Shown here piece by piece: positions 55,545 to 64,000 of a stretch of 64,000 nucleotides of DNA. This stretch comes from a virus. Taxonomy: Duplodnaviria; Caudoviricetes. Position 1 is the first letter of the stretch. Every line of letters begins with the position of its first letter. The notes under the pieces are model-generated. The model saw only the letters and a list, made by a program, of their open reading frames with translations, did not search any database and was not told where the DNA came from. Location: positions 6,159-70,158 of IMG/VR virus record IMGVR_UViG_3300012041_000023; one strand, given 5' to 3'. The translations under genes were made by a program, and so were the position numbers.

Positions 55545-57767
55545 CTACAGCTCCACCTCAATCGTCGCGCGCACGTCGGCTGTGGTCGGTAGCCACCCGC
55601 CATCGGTGGTGATTCGGATGTCGAGCTCATCGCCGACCACAAACGTATCCAGCCCCGCCCCCTGGTAGGTGGACTTGGACGTCGTGTTCACGGCATCGAG
55701 CACCGCCGTGAGCCCCGTCGTCGAGCCGTTCTTGAACACCGTCACCGTGAGCGTCCCTGCCGCTCTCGCCGCGTTGGCCTTGACGGACACCCCCAGGATG
55801 TGCCCCGGTCGCGGCGCCACCCACACCGTGGGGAAGGCCGCGCCCGTGCCGGCGCGGGTGAGGGCCACGTCGGTCTGCGAGGCGGCGACGTCGTCCTGCC
55901 ACCAGCCCTCGAGGATGAGGTGGTCACCGGTAAAGGTTTTCGTGGCGTAGCTCGGATTGACAAGCGAGTCAGCCACCCCGGAATGGATGTTGCCGGACAA
56001 GGTCAGCTCATCCACGATGCCGGCCGCGGACAGTTGGATGTCCGCGAGGTCCTGCTGCCCGCCCGTGGGGCAGGAGAAGTTATTGTTGGTGATCGCGATT
56101 TTACCGTTGTGGACGCCCCCAATCGTTCCTTCGCTGGCGATCTGGACGCCATAGTTGCGGTTGTTGACGATCATATTGTCGTGGATGCGCACCCGGTCCA
56201 CGTTGGAGAGGAGGATGCCCGGCTTGAAGCGCGTCTCCGTGATGATGTTGCCGCTGATGTCGATGTCCCTGGTGAGCGACGGTCCCGCCACGCCCGCCGT
56301 CTGTTCCACCACGGTGGGGGTGCCGCCCGTGAGTCCCGTGCCGTCGATGCCGAGGAGCCCCACCGCCTTGTTGCCCAGACGGTCCCGGAAGGTCACGTCC
56401 CAGGTGCCCGGTGAGATGAGCTCCACCGAGACGTCGTTGGGCCCTATCACGAGCAGGTCCACCAAGGCTTCCTTGACGGTGGCGGCGGAGGCGTCGAACG
56501 CGATGGGGACGGTGGGCTCCGCGTCCTGGTCATTCCCCTCAAGGAGGAACGTCCCCGCCGACGCCGCGCCCACGGACACCCGCTGCACTTCATTGGCGCT
56601 CGTGCCGGCGCCGTAGACGCCTTGTACGATGATCCCGTAGCCCCGCACATCGCTAATCAGGTTGTCCGCGATGCGGATGCGGTAGACGCCCGGCTCGTTC
56701 GTGCTGCCGCCGAGATAAATCCCCGCCGTGCTGCTCCCCTCCGCGGAGTAGACGCCCCGGATGCTGTTCCCCTGGATCACGCACTCGTGGACGTCCTTCG
56801 CGAAGCCGATAGCGGCGTTTTTGCCGCCATCGAAGGTGTTGCCGATGATGGAGAGGCGGTCGGCTCGGAAGGCCAGCAGACACTCCGAAACGGAGAGCCC
56901 CGTGGTCGTCTTGGTCTTGAAGCGGTTGCCCACGATCAGCATATCGCGCGGCCGGCCGGTGCCGTTCCCCGCGCCCACGAACCCGATCCCGGTGGCGGTG
57001 TTCAAGATGGAGTTGTTCGCGATGACGACACCGTAGCGGTCGGCGTCGCCGTCGTTCATTTCCATTTTGACCCCCCAATTCTCATAGAGGTCGCGGATGG
57101 TGTTCCCGTAGACCACCGACTCACACAGCCCGTTGATATTTATCCCGACGCGCGTCTCATCGGGATCGGTGTCGATCCCCCAGACGTGGCACCCCGAGAC
57201 GAGCACCTGATAGCACAATCCCCACGAGCCGGAAAAGTAGATGCAGTCCCCTTGCGTCCGGTAAATCCAGAGATGGTCGAGCGTGATGTTCCGGGCGTTG
57301 CTGAAGAAAACACCGTGCATCTGCTGCCAGTTGTTGATCTCGCCCAGGGACTGCCCCGCGTTGTTGCCGTCGATCTTGAAGTAGCCGAGATAGATGTCCG
57401 AGATCGCGCCGTCCGCCTCGATGTTGGCGACGATGCGACTGCTCTCCGGCTGATCGGCGGCGAGCTTTAAGACCGAGTTCACGCCGCTCCCCACGATGTG
57501 GACGCCCGGTCGCAGCCTCACACACGCCGCCCAGTCATCGCTCTTGGTGAGAAGATAGGTGCCCGGTGGGATGTAGACTGTGCCGCCTCCGGCCGTATAC
57601 ACCGCGTCGACACACGCCTGGATCGGCACGCGGTCGTCGGTCGTGCCGTCGCCCACCGCGCCGAAGTCCCTGACGCTCCGCGCAAGATCCGAGATGCGGT
57701 CATGTATCGTGCGCGTGATCGCCCCCGTGTCGGTGGGCTTGTAGGCATCCACAGAAACCCTCGCCAT
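55545..57767 (-). CDS. tailspike/depolymerase-like beta-helix protein
   Basis: [20 protein letters not shown]...GGTVYIPPGTY; many parallel beta-helix repeats. Confidence 0.82.
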   Translation of the reverse strand: MARVSVDAYKPTDTGAITRTIHDRISDLARSVRDFGAVGDGTTDDRVPIQACVDAVYTAGGGTVYIPPGTYLLTKSDDWAACVRLRPGVHIVGSGVNSVLKLAADQPESSRIVANIEADGAISDIYLGYFKIDGNNAGQSLGEINNWQQMHGVFFSNARNITLDHLWIYRTQGDCIYFSGSWGLCYQVLVSGCHVWGIDTDPDETRVGININGLCESVVYGNTIRDLYENWGVKMEMNDGDADRYGVVIANNSILNTATGIGFVGAGNGTGRPRDMLIVGNRFKTKTTTGLSVSECLLAFRADRLSIIGNTFDGGKNAAIGFAKDVHECVIQGNSIRGVYSAEGSSTAGIYLGGSTNEPGVYRIRIADNLISDVRGYGIIVQGVYGAGTSANEVQRVSVGAASAGTFLLEGNDQDAEPTVPIAFDASAATVKEALVDLLVIGPNDVSVELISPGTWDVTFRDRLGNKAVGLLGIDGTGLTGGTPTVVEQTAGVAGPSLTRDIDISGNIITETRFKPGILLSNVDRVRIHDNMIVNNRNYGVQIASEGTIGGVHNGKIAITNNNFSCPTGGQQDLADIQLSAAGIVDELTLSGNIHSGVADSLVNPSYATKTFTGDHLILEGWWQDDVAASQTDVALTRAGTGAAFPTVWVAPRPGHILGVSVKANAARAAGTLTVTVFKNGSTTGLTAVLDAVNTTSKSTYQGAGLDTFVVGDELDIRITTDGGWLPTTADVRATIEVEL

Positions 57768-57776
57768 TATCGTCTC

Positions 57777-58343
57777 CTAAACAACGTCCCACACCCCCGA
57801 CATGTGCGTGGCTACCCACTCCACGCTGTTGATCGCCAGGAGACGCAGCGTGCTCCCGACCTCCGTGCTCTCGGCATAGCCGGCCGTGGCCGATACGACC
57901 GTGCCGAGGCGGATCGTGTCGCCCGTGTCCGCCACGACGCGCAGCCCGTCCGTGTCTTCCACGACGAACATAAACTCATACCCCGCCGCGGCGGTGGGCA
58001 GCGTGTGGTAATTCTTCGCGGTCGTCCCTTCGTTCGTCAGCGCTTTCCTGCTCTCCCCCGAGATCAGCACGTTCGGCGCCCCGACGCCCGCGGTGTTGGG
58101 CTCCACCGTGATGTCTCCCGCATCCGCTCCATCCGCACCCGCCGGTCCCGTCGCGCCCTGCGGTCCCTCGGGACCGGTCGCACCCTGCGCCCCGGCAGCA
58201 CCGGCGGCCCCGGCGGCACCCGTGGCACCCGTTGCTCCCTGCGGTCCCGTCGCGCCCTGCGGTCCCTCGGGACCGGTCGCGCCCTGCGGTCCCTCGGGTC
58301 CCGGATCCCCGCCGCCGGTCCCCCCGCCGCCTTTGTAGGGCAT
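57777..58343 (-). CDS. short collagen-repeat fibre protein with the shared ~110-aa domain
   Basis: Gly-X-Y run ([10 protein letters not shown]) followed by [11 protein letters not shown]...WDV. Confidence 0.75.
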   Translation of the reverse strand: MPYKGGGGTGGGDPGPEGPQGATGPEGPQGATGPQGATGATGAAGAAGAAGAQGATGPEGPQGATGPAGADGADAGDITVEPNTAGVGAPNVLISGESRKALTNEGTTAKNYHTLPTAAAGYEFMFVVEDTDGLRVVADTGDTIRLGTVVSATAGYAESTEVGSTLRLLAINSVEWVATHMSGVWDVV

Positions 58344-60231
58344 GGCTTTCCTCTCTTCAGGTGACGAGCGTCACCGAGTCGTCACTCTCCAGCACAACGT
58401 AGAACGCGCCGGCCTTGGGCACGTCGATCAAGATGTCGCCGTAGCCCGGCACCGTCACCGTCACGTCCGTGCGGTCTTCAATGGGGGAGTGGGCGTAGAC
58501 CAGCCACTCCTGGCTCGGCGTCGTCCCCCGCGTGCGGGCCAGCGCGAAGACGGGAATCACCGTCTCCGGGGTGGCGGGCGGCCAGGCGGGATCAAGGTCC
58601 GTGGTCAAGAGCCAGTTGCGATCCTCGCCCGCCCACTCACCCTGGCCCCCCGCGTTGTGGGGTGGATCGCGGGCCTCGTTGTTGACGAGCGTCGAGCTTC
58701 TCCACCAGCTCTTCAAGGTGGCGTTGGTGTGGACGCGGTCCACGGCGTCGATCACCGCCAGGTAGTAGTCAACGCTTCCCGTGATGTCCTCCGATGCGCT
58801 CCGAAAATCGCGCACGACGCGCGGCTGGAGCATCCACATGCCGAACTGCACCATTCCGACGTAGCGCGCCGTGGTAAACGCCGGCTGCCCGATGGAGGCG
58901 TAATAGGCCCGCACGTCCTGGTCAGTCGTGAAAGTGACGGGGCCTCCCTCCTGGTAGCCATCCCAGACGGACAACTCATACCAGTAGTCCGGGTTCTCCG
59001 AATAGGAGAAGTCGATCATGAACTTCTGGGCCATAAAAAACAACTGTGGGCTTGCCAGGTTGAAATCTAGAATGCCGGTTCCGGGAAAGGCGTAGAAGGG
59101 CGGCGATGAGCCGTCCCAGGCCCGGTGCCAGGAGGTGATGTTCCCCGCGTAGGCGTAGGTGAAGTAATTCCAGATCGGGCTCACGGCAAAGTCGCGGGAG
59201 CCCGCCGCCTCGTAGGCCACGCAGATCGAATTGTCGCGCCACAAAGCTGCCGAGAAGCCCGCCTTCATGGCGTCCGTGAGCGCCTTGTAGCGCGTCACGT
59301 AGCCCTCCGCGAACTCCTGCTGCATAAACGCCTCGGTCTGCCCCGTGCCGTGAGCCGTGATCCAGCGTTGGGACTCCTCCGAGTGGATCCAGGTGGGTTT
59401 GGGATACTCGTTATTCGAGATCAACAGCACCAGCGGCGGATTGGGATAGGCGGTGATGAGGTCCGCCAACTCCGGCGGATCCTCATTCCAGAATGCCGCG
59501 ATCTCGCTCCACTTATCCAACGGCCCCAGCGGATCGGACTTCGCCTCGAACAGGTTGGTGGCGTCGTCCATCCAGTTCGGGTTGGTCAGAAGCGGCAGGT
59601 CGATGTAGCCCGCGGTGTTGAAGTAATCTTCCCACTGGCTGCCGCGCAGCGAAATGGGCAGGTTGAGCGCGGCACAATCCGCCATCGGATCGAAGTAGCC
59701 ATCCGGGTAGTTCTCCGATGGCGTTGTGTAGGGCCAGTGGAAGCAGGGCAGCAGGTGATGCCCCTCCGCGATGCGCGCCAACTGCCACTCCGGGGTAAAA
59801 CCCGGCGCCAGCTCATACTCTCCCACGTTCCAGTTGGACGCGAGCGGCAGCGGCCGCCCCACGACATCGTCATTCGAGCGCGTCGCCTCGGCGGTGATCT
59901 CGAGCGCCGTCTGCTCCAGCAGGGAAAGCTCCGTGCCCACATCCCACACCCCTGTCATATAGGTGGACACCCACACCGTACTGTTCACGGCCAGGAGGCG
60001 CAGCGTGCTCCCGACATCCGTGCTCTCGACGTAGCCGGCCGTGGGGCTCACCACCGTCGAGAGGCGGATGACGTCATTCGCGGCGGCGGTGACACGGAGG
60101 CCGTCCGTGTCTCTCACGACGAACATGAACTCCAACCCGACCGCGGCGGTGGGCAGCGTGTGGTAATTCTTCGCGGTCGTCCCTTCGTTCGTCAGCGCTT
60201 TCCTGCTCTCCCCCGAGATCAGCACGTTCGG
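57986..60231. repeat. 91-bp identical direct repeat (57986-58076 and 60141-60231)
   Basis: The DNA encoding [30 protein letters not shown] is identical in both genes. Confidence 0.85.
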
Positions 60232-60504
60232 TGCCCCGGATCCCGCGGTGCTCGCTTCCACCGTGATGTCTCCCGCGCCCTCTCCATCCGCACCCGCCGG
60301 TCCCTCGGGACCGGTCGCACCCGTGGGACCGGTCGCACCCGTGGCACCCGTCGCACCGGTAGCGCCGGCGGCACCGGCGGCACCCGTGGCCCCCGTCGCA
60401 CCGGCGGCACCCGTGGCGCCGGCGGGACCCTGCAGTCCCGTTGGTCCCTGCGGTCCTGGGGCACCTACCTCACCGCTGCCGCCCCCGCCTCCCTTGTAGG
60501 GCAT
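58357..60504 (-). CDS. collagen-repeat fibre protein: shared domain plus a large aromatic-rich C-terminal domain
   Basis: MPYKGG start by TGATG coupling; Gly-X-Y run; ~500-aa Trp/Tyr-rich C-terminus. Confidence 0.75.
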   Translation of the reverse strand: MPYKGGGGGSGEVGAPGPQGPTGLQGPAGATGAAGATGATGAAGAAGATGATGATGATGPTGATGPEGPAGADGEGAGDITVEASTAGSGAPNVLISGESRKALTNEGTTAKNYHTLPTAAVGLEFMFVVRDTDGLRVTAAANDVIRLSTVVSPTAGYVESTDVGSTLRLLAVNSTVWVSTYMTGVWDVGTELSLLEQTALEITAEATRSNDDVVGRPLPLASNWNVGEYELAPGFTPEWQLARIAEGHHLLPCFHWPYTTPSENYPDGYFDPMADCAALNLPISLRGSQWEDYFNTAGYIDLPLLTNPNWMDDATNLFEAKSDPLGPLDKWSEIAAFWNEDPPELADLITAYPNPPLVLLISNNEYPKPTWIHSEESQRWITAHGTGQTEAFMQQEFAEGYVTRYKALTDAMKAGFSAALWRDNSICVAYEAAGSRDFAVSPIWNYFTYAYAGNITSWHRAWDGSSPPFYAFPGTGILDFNLASPQLFFMAQKFMIDFSYSENPDYWYELSVWDGYQEGGPVTFTTDQDVRAYYASIGQPAFTTARYVGMVQFGMWMLQPRVVRDFRSASEDITGSVDYYLAVIDAVDRVHTNATLKSWWRSSTLVNNEARDPPHNAGGQGEWAGEDRNWLLTTDLDPAWPPATPETVIPVFALARTRGTTPSQEWLVYAHSPIEDRTDVTVTVPGYGDILIDVPKAGAFYVVLESDDSVTLVT

Positions 60505-60782
60505 CAGGGAACCCCCTGCACCGAGTAGAGCGCCGCACCTGAGGAGATGAGCTTGATGGTGTCGGTGGGCGCCGGCCACTCGAATGCCATCCCCGCCGGT
60601 ATCACCCGCGTGTTGTCACCCGCCACCGTGGGGTTCGTGCCGTTAAAGGTCACGTAGAGCACCTCCGCGGTGTCGCGGTTGACCACCTCGACGCGGCTCA
60701 CGCGCTTGGTGAGCCGGACGGTGTCCACCGTCGCCGCCCCGAGCGTCTTGTGGACTGCCTCGCTCGCCGTATAGGTTGCCAT
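60504..60782 (-). CDS. 92-aa cassette leader/adaptor protein, copy 3
   Basis: MATYTA...PTVAGDN...LISSG...YSVQGVP; AAGGAG RBS. Confidence 0.75.
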   Translation of the reverse strand: MATYTASEAVHKTLGAATVDTVRLTKRVSRVEVVNRDTAEVLYVTFNGTNPTVAGDNTRVIPAGMAFEWPAPTDTIKLISSGAALYSVQGVP

Positions 60783-60839
60783 ATCGTTACTCCTTGCGTA
60801 TCTTCGCGTTCTTTTTTAGCCGGCGCGGCCGCGCCGTTC

Positions 60840-62228
60840 TTATCCGCCGCCCGTCCCGTAGCCCTGCGCCCGGCGGATGTGCTTCTGCCACGCGTCATAA
60901 CCCGGTTGTCCGTAAACCGGAACCAGCGAGGGGTTCGCCTGGTAATACTGTAAGCGTATCGCGTCCATCTGCTGCTGCGTCATCCGTCGCTCCGGTGGGA
61001 GCGTCCGGTTGTAGCGTTCCGGCAGGCGCGGGTCGATCCTCAAGTGCTCCTTGTCCGCGTCCAGCCCCGGTCGGTAATTCTCCTCATTCGCATAATCTAG
61101 CACGCGCGGGTCGCGGATCTGCGCGTTGGGATTAATCGCGTGCTGGCCGTACCATGTCAGATTGTTCGCGGCCTTCTTCCGGTACGCTGCACGAACCTCC
61201 ACGGGAGTCGGTGGGCGCTCCAGGTCCCAGCTCAACTCTTCCCGTACCTCCGGGTAGTAGTAGCGTAACTGGGGGTTAGTCATCGTATTGGGATACCTTA
61301 GGTGTATCCTGTCCTCGGTTCCCCAGTTCGCCTGCTCTCCGCCAGGTCCGAAGCTGGGCGGCCGGTTGTCGGGATTGATGGCCACGAACGGCTGCCCCGC
61401 GTCCCGTGCCAATTGCCTGCGCACCTGCATTCCCGCGCGGATTTCCTCCTGCGTGGGCCGGCGACCCAGGAGGTTCCGCAGTTGCTCCTTGTTCTCGGTG
61501 CGTGCCCAATTGAGGGCAGTCGGTGCGCTCGTCCCCACGGATACCCCCGAGTTGCGGGGCGTTGGCTCGATGCCCCCGCCTCCCAGCCCCGGCGGCAGTG
61601 AGCGGCCGGTCTGACGCGCTGCGCTGATGGGCGGCGTGGAAGCGTAGCCAGGTGTCCCCGCTAGATTCCTGCGCAGCGTGGCTTGAAGTGCTGGGATGTT
61701 GGGCTGCGTCCCGTAGAGGGGTGCGCCCGGTATCGCACCCGGTGACTGCTTGATCCACCCGCCTTTCACCGCCGCCACAATCCCCCGCAGCGCCGCGTTC
61801 ACACCCTTGACGCCTTGCGGTCTAGCCCCGCGTAGGAGTTGCCCAAAGTCGAAACCGTGCAGCGCCGCATCCCCGTAGGCGGGGTTACGCAGCGCGTCGT
61901 ATTCCAGCCGCCCCGCCAATCCCTCGACGCGGTTCCAGTCCTCATCCGTGCCCTTGTCGCGCCACGGATCAAGCCACGCATCCCGCATCTGCCCAATGCG
62001 GTCGATACGGGCGGCGCCTTGCAACGGCAAGGGCCGTGCCACGGGCGGCGCCTTCACGCGCGGATCCCCGAACCCACTGCGCGCCTGCCCGAACTGCCGC
62101 ACCCGTTGCTGCCGATGCGCGGGCGTCTCCCGGCTCCGCGCCACGGCTGCCCCCGACGCATCGAGCGCCTGGCGCAGCCGACCGAGCGCCGCGTCTACCC
62201 CGTCCCCCTGTGTTCGCCGTGCTGCCAT
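60840..62228 (-). CDS. Arg/Pro-rich protein resembling the helix-K module family
   Basis: VNAALRGIVAAVKG and RVKAPP; composition like the head-region cargo ORFs. Confidence 0.55.
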   Translation of the reverse strand: MAARRTQGDGVDAALGRLRQALDASGAAVARSRETPAHRQQRVRQFGQARSGFGDPRVKAPPVARPLPLQGAARIDRIGQMRDAWLDPWRDKGTDEDWNRVEGLAGRLEYDALRNPAYGDAALHGFDFGQLLRGARPQGVKGVNAALRGIVAAVKGGWIKQSPGAIPGAPLYGTQPNIPALQATLRRNLAGTPGYASTPPISAARQTGRSLPPGLGGGGIEPTPRNSGVSVGTSAPTALNWARTENKEQLRNLLGRRPTQEEIRAGMQVRRQLARDAGQPFVAINPDNRPPSFGPGGEQANWGTEDRIHLRYPNTMTNPQLRYYYPEVREELSWDLERPPTPVEVRAAYRKKAANNLTWYGQHAINPNAQIRDPRVLDYANEENYRPGLDADKEHLRIDPRLPERYNRTLPPERRMTQQQMDAIRLQYYQANPSLVPVYGQPGYDAWQKHIRRAQGYGTGGG

Positions 62229-63835
62229 CAGCTCTCCCTGTTCTCCCGCTCCAGCGCCGTCCTCAAGAACGCCTCACGCGCGTCGTCCGCCGTGCCCGGC
62301 AGCGGAACGTCCGCAATCGCAATGCGCGGCCGGGTGCGCAGCAGATACTGCTCCCCGAACTGGATGAGGAGATCCGCGTCGTGCGAAGGGATAGTCCAGG
62401 TCGTCGCGTCCGAGGTGGGGTAGAGATGGTCCGCCGCGTAGCGGATGCCGATACTCTCCCCGGTCGTGGGCTTCTGCCCGATCACCAAAGTCGTCGGCTC
62501 CGTGCCGCCGAGGAGGTGGAAATACGCCTGCCCCCAGAACCCCTCGGGATCGTCCACGCTGCGCGGGTCCAGGTAGGCCGGCGGGTCCTGGCTCATGGGA
62601 TACTCCACCCGCCGGATACTGCGCAGGTTGGGATACGCGGCGAGCGGATACTCCCGCTGGTCCGCCACCGCGGGGATCGTCGCCGTCGCCACCCTGGGAT
62701 ACTTGCGATTGTATTCGCTAAACGCCACCCAGCAGGCATCGTTCAACTGCGCGTTGGTGTAGCGCACCCCCTGCGGATCCCCGAGGCGCCGGCGCATGAT
62801 GGCGCGGAAGCCGGCTCGGGTCGTGGGGGGCGCGTCCGCAAGCGAGGTGTCCTCCTCGCGCCGGGCCCGGTCGAGGATGGCGTCATACTCGAACTGGCGC
62901 CCCTGGGACGCCGTGCGCAAGGAGGTCGCCGTGCCGAAGAACGGGTTGGGATTGTTGTCGTCGCTGGCTTCCGCGACCGCCGCGGCGGCGGTGAGGATCA
63001 GCGCCTGCACCCGCTGCATCTCGGCGTGGGTCAGGAGCGTGATCCACGGCGCCGAGAGCACCTTCGCGGCGTAGAACCCTTCCGGCAGATCGTTCTCCAT
63101 CTCCGCGTTGGCGCGCTGGGTCTGCCGCTCGATGAAGGCGTTCATCTGCGCCTCGGTAGTAAAGCGGCTCTCCCACCCCGCAATGCTCCAGTTGCCGTCG
63201 TCCCGCACCTCGCTCGGCGTGTTCAAGGCGGAGGGCGCGAGCGCCACCAGCACCCCGATGTTCACCGCCGCGGTCGACAATACGGCGGTCTTCGTGCCGC
63301 TCGCTCCGAACGTCCCCTGCTTGACATCCGCCACGGAGAGGCCCAGCGCCGCGCCCTGGATGTCGAGGCGCTCCACCCAGCCCGAGGGCGGTGTCGCGGT
63401 CGGCGTGCCGGTCGCCGCGGCGAAGAAGCCAAAGAGCTGCGCGTCGGTCTTGGTCGTCACCACCGAGGGCGCCACGCAGTTGGCGCTCGAGGCGTTCGCC
63501 TGCCCGCCCGAGACGTCGATGACGCTGACCTGATCGGCGCCACCCGCCACAACCAGGCACGCCAGCGCCGCCGCCGAGGTGATCGTGAACACCACCGGCG
63601 TCACGCTCGCGGTCAGGTAGCGGTGGCGGTAGACGGCCACGCTGATGACGGTCGTGCTATCCGTGCGCAGCACCAGCTCCCAATCGGTGGGGGGCGTGAT
63701 GGTGATGCCCGTGCCGCCCGCGACGAGGAGGCCCGCGAGGATGGTGTCCCCGTATTCCGCGCCCGTGGGGATGGCGAGGGAGAGCGACGTGCCGGTCGCC
63801 GATACTAAAGTTGTCTTCGCGCGGTAGGCAATCAC
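62228..63835 (-). CDS. multidomain neck/adaptor-like virion protein
   Basis: N-terminal beta-rich domain; helical TPSEVR segment; C-terminal RRRLGDP...YTNAQLND pattern like head-tail adaptors. Confidence 0.5.
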   Translation of the reverse strand: MIAYRAKTTLVSATGTSLSLAIPTGAEYGDTILAGLLVAGGTGITITPPTDWELVLRTDSTTVISVAVYRHRYLTASVTPVVFTITSAAALACLVVAGGADQVSVIDVSGGQANASSANCVAPSVVTTKTDAQLFGFFAAATGTPTATPPSGWVERLDIQGAALGLSVADVKQGTFGASGTKTAVLSTAAVNIGVLVALAPSALNTPSEVRDDGNWSIAGWESRFTTEAQMNAFIERQTQRANAEMENDLPEGFYAAKVLSAPWITLLTHAEMQRVQALILTAAAAVAEASDDNNPNPFFGTATSLRTASQGRQFEYDAILDRARREEDTSLADAPPTTRAGFRAIMRRRLGDPQGVRYTNAQLNDACWVAFSEYNRKYPRVATATIPAVADQREYPLAAYPNLRSIRRVEYPMSQDPPAYLDPRSVDDPEGFWGQAYFHLLGGTEPTTLVIGQKPTTGESIGIRYAADHLYPTSDATTWTIPSHDADLLIQFGEQYLLRTRPRIAIADVPLPGTADDAREAFLRTALERENRES

Positions 63836-63838
63836 GCG

Positions 63839-64000
63839 TTACCTCGTCTTCGGCCAGATCGTGACGTTGTCGAAGCTGTTGGGCTTCGGGCCATAATTAA
63901 AAATCCAATGCACGGTGTTATACTGACCGAGGGAGGCCACCATCACCTCCCTGACCCCCTGCGCGCGGCCCACGTAGCCCTTGAGCGTCAGCCCCGGGGC
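63839..64000 (-). CDS. partial ORF (3' end)
   Basis: Open frame from the window edge ending ...FNYGPKPNSFDNVTIWPKTR*. Confidence 0.35.
   Translation of the reverse strand, partial: APGLTLKGYVGRAQGVREVMVASLGQYNTVHWIFNYGPKPNSFDNVTIWPKTR

Noticed and set aside
49999-60782. Diversity-generating retroelement acting on the receptor-binding array
   Set aside because: No reverse transcriptase is present, and the repeats are identical rather than differing at adenines.

Overview
The whole window is phage DNA with no host flanks: a high-GC dsDNA tailed phage, probably temperate, seen in an unintegrated or circularly permuted form. The host is probably Armatimonadota or a related phylum, judged from a DUF1559 prepilin gene. 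The minus-strand late operon at the left end runs terminase, DUF4417, a 1.9k-aa polyprotein, HK97-type portal, then a prohead protease with a huge N-terminal extension. The major capsid gene is not in the window. A lysis region lies at about 24-29.6 kb and a tyrosine integrase at 30.6-31.7 kb. Divergent consensus promoters at 33.8-34.0 kb precede a plus-strand replication/recombination operon (initiator with iterons, ParB-like genes, RecT-like, DEDDh exonuclease, RusA-like). A minus-strand neck and receptor-binding array fills about 50-64 kb and ends in a beta-helix/CAP gene and a type IV pilin-like gene. Four features stand out. (1) Head-region proteins are built from modules separated by a recurring amphipathic helix plus K-A/S/T motif, suggesting a protease-processed virion cargo polyprotein that carries ADP-ribosyltransferase-like domains. 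(2) Four divergent antisense HNH genes share a covarying 5' hairpin. (3) A tRNA-like structured RNA sits directly behind the late promoter. (4) The receptor-binding region is a cassette array, and a methyltransferase has inserted into it between short direct repeats. All family assignments come from motif recognition by eye, not database searches.
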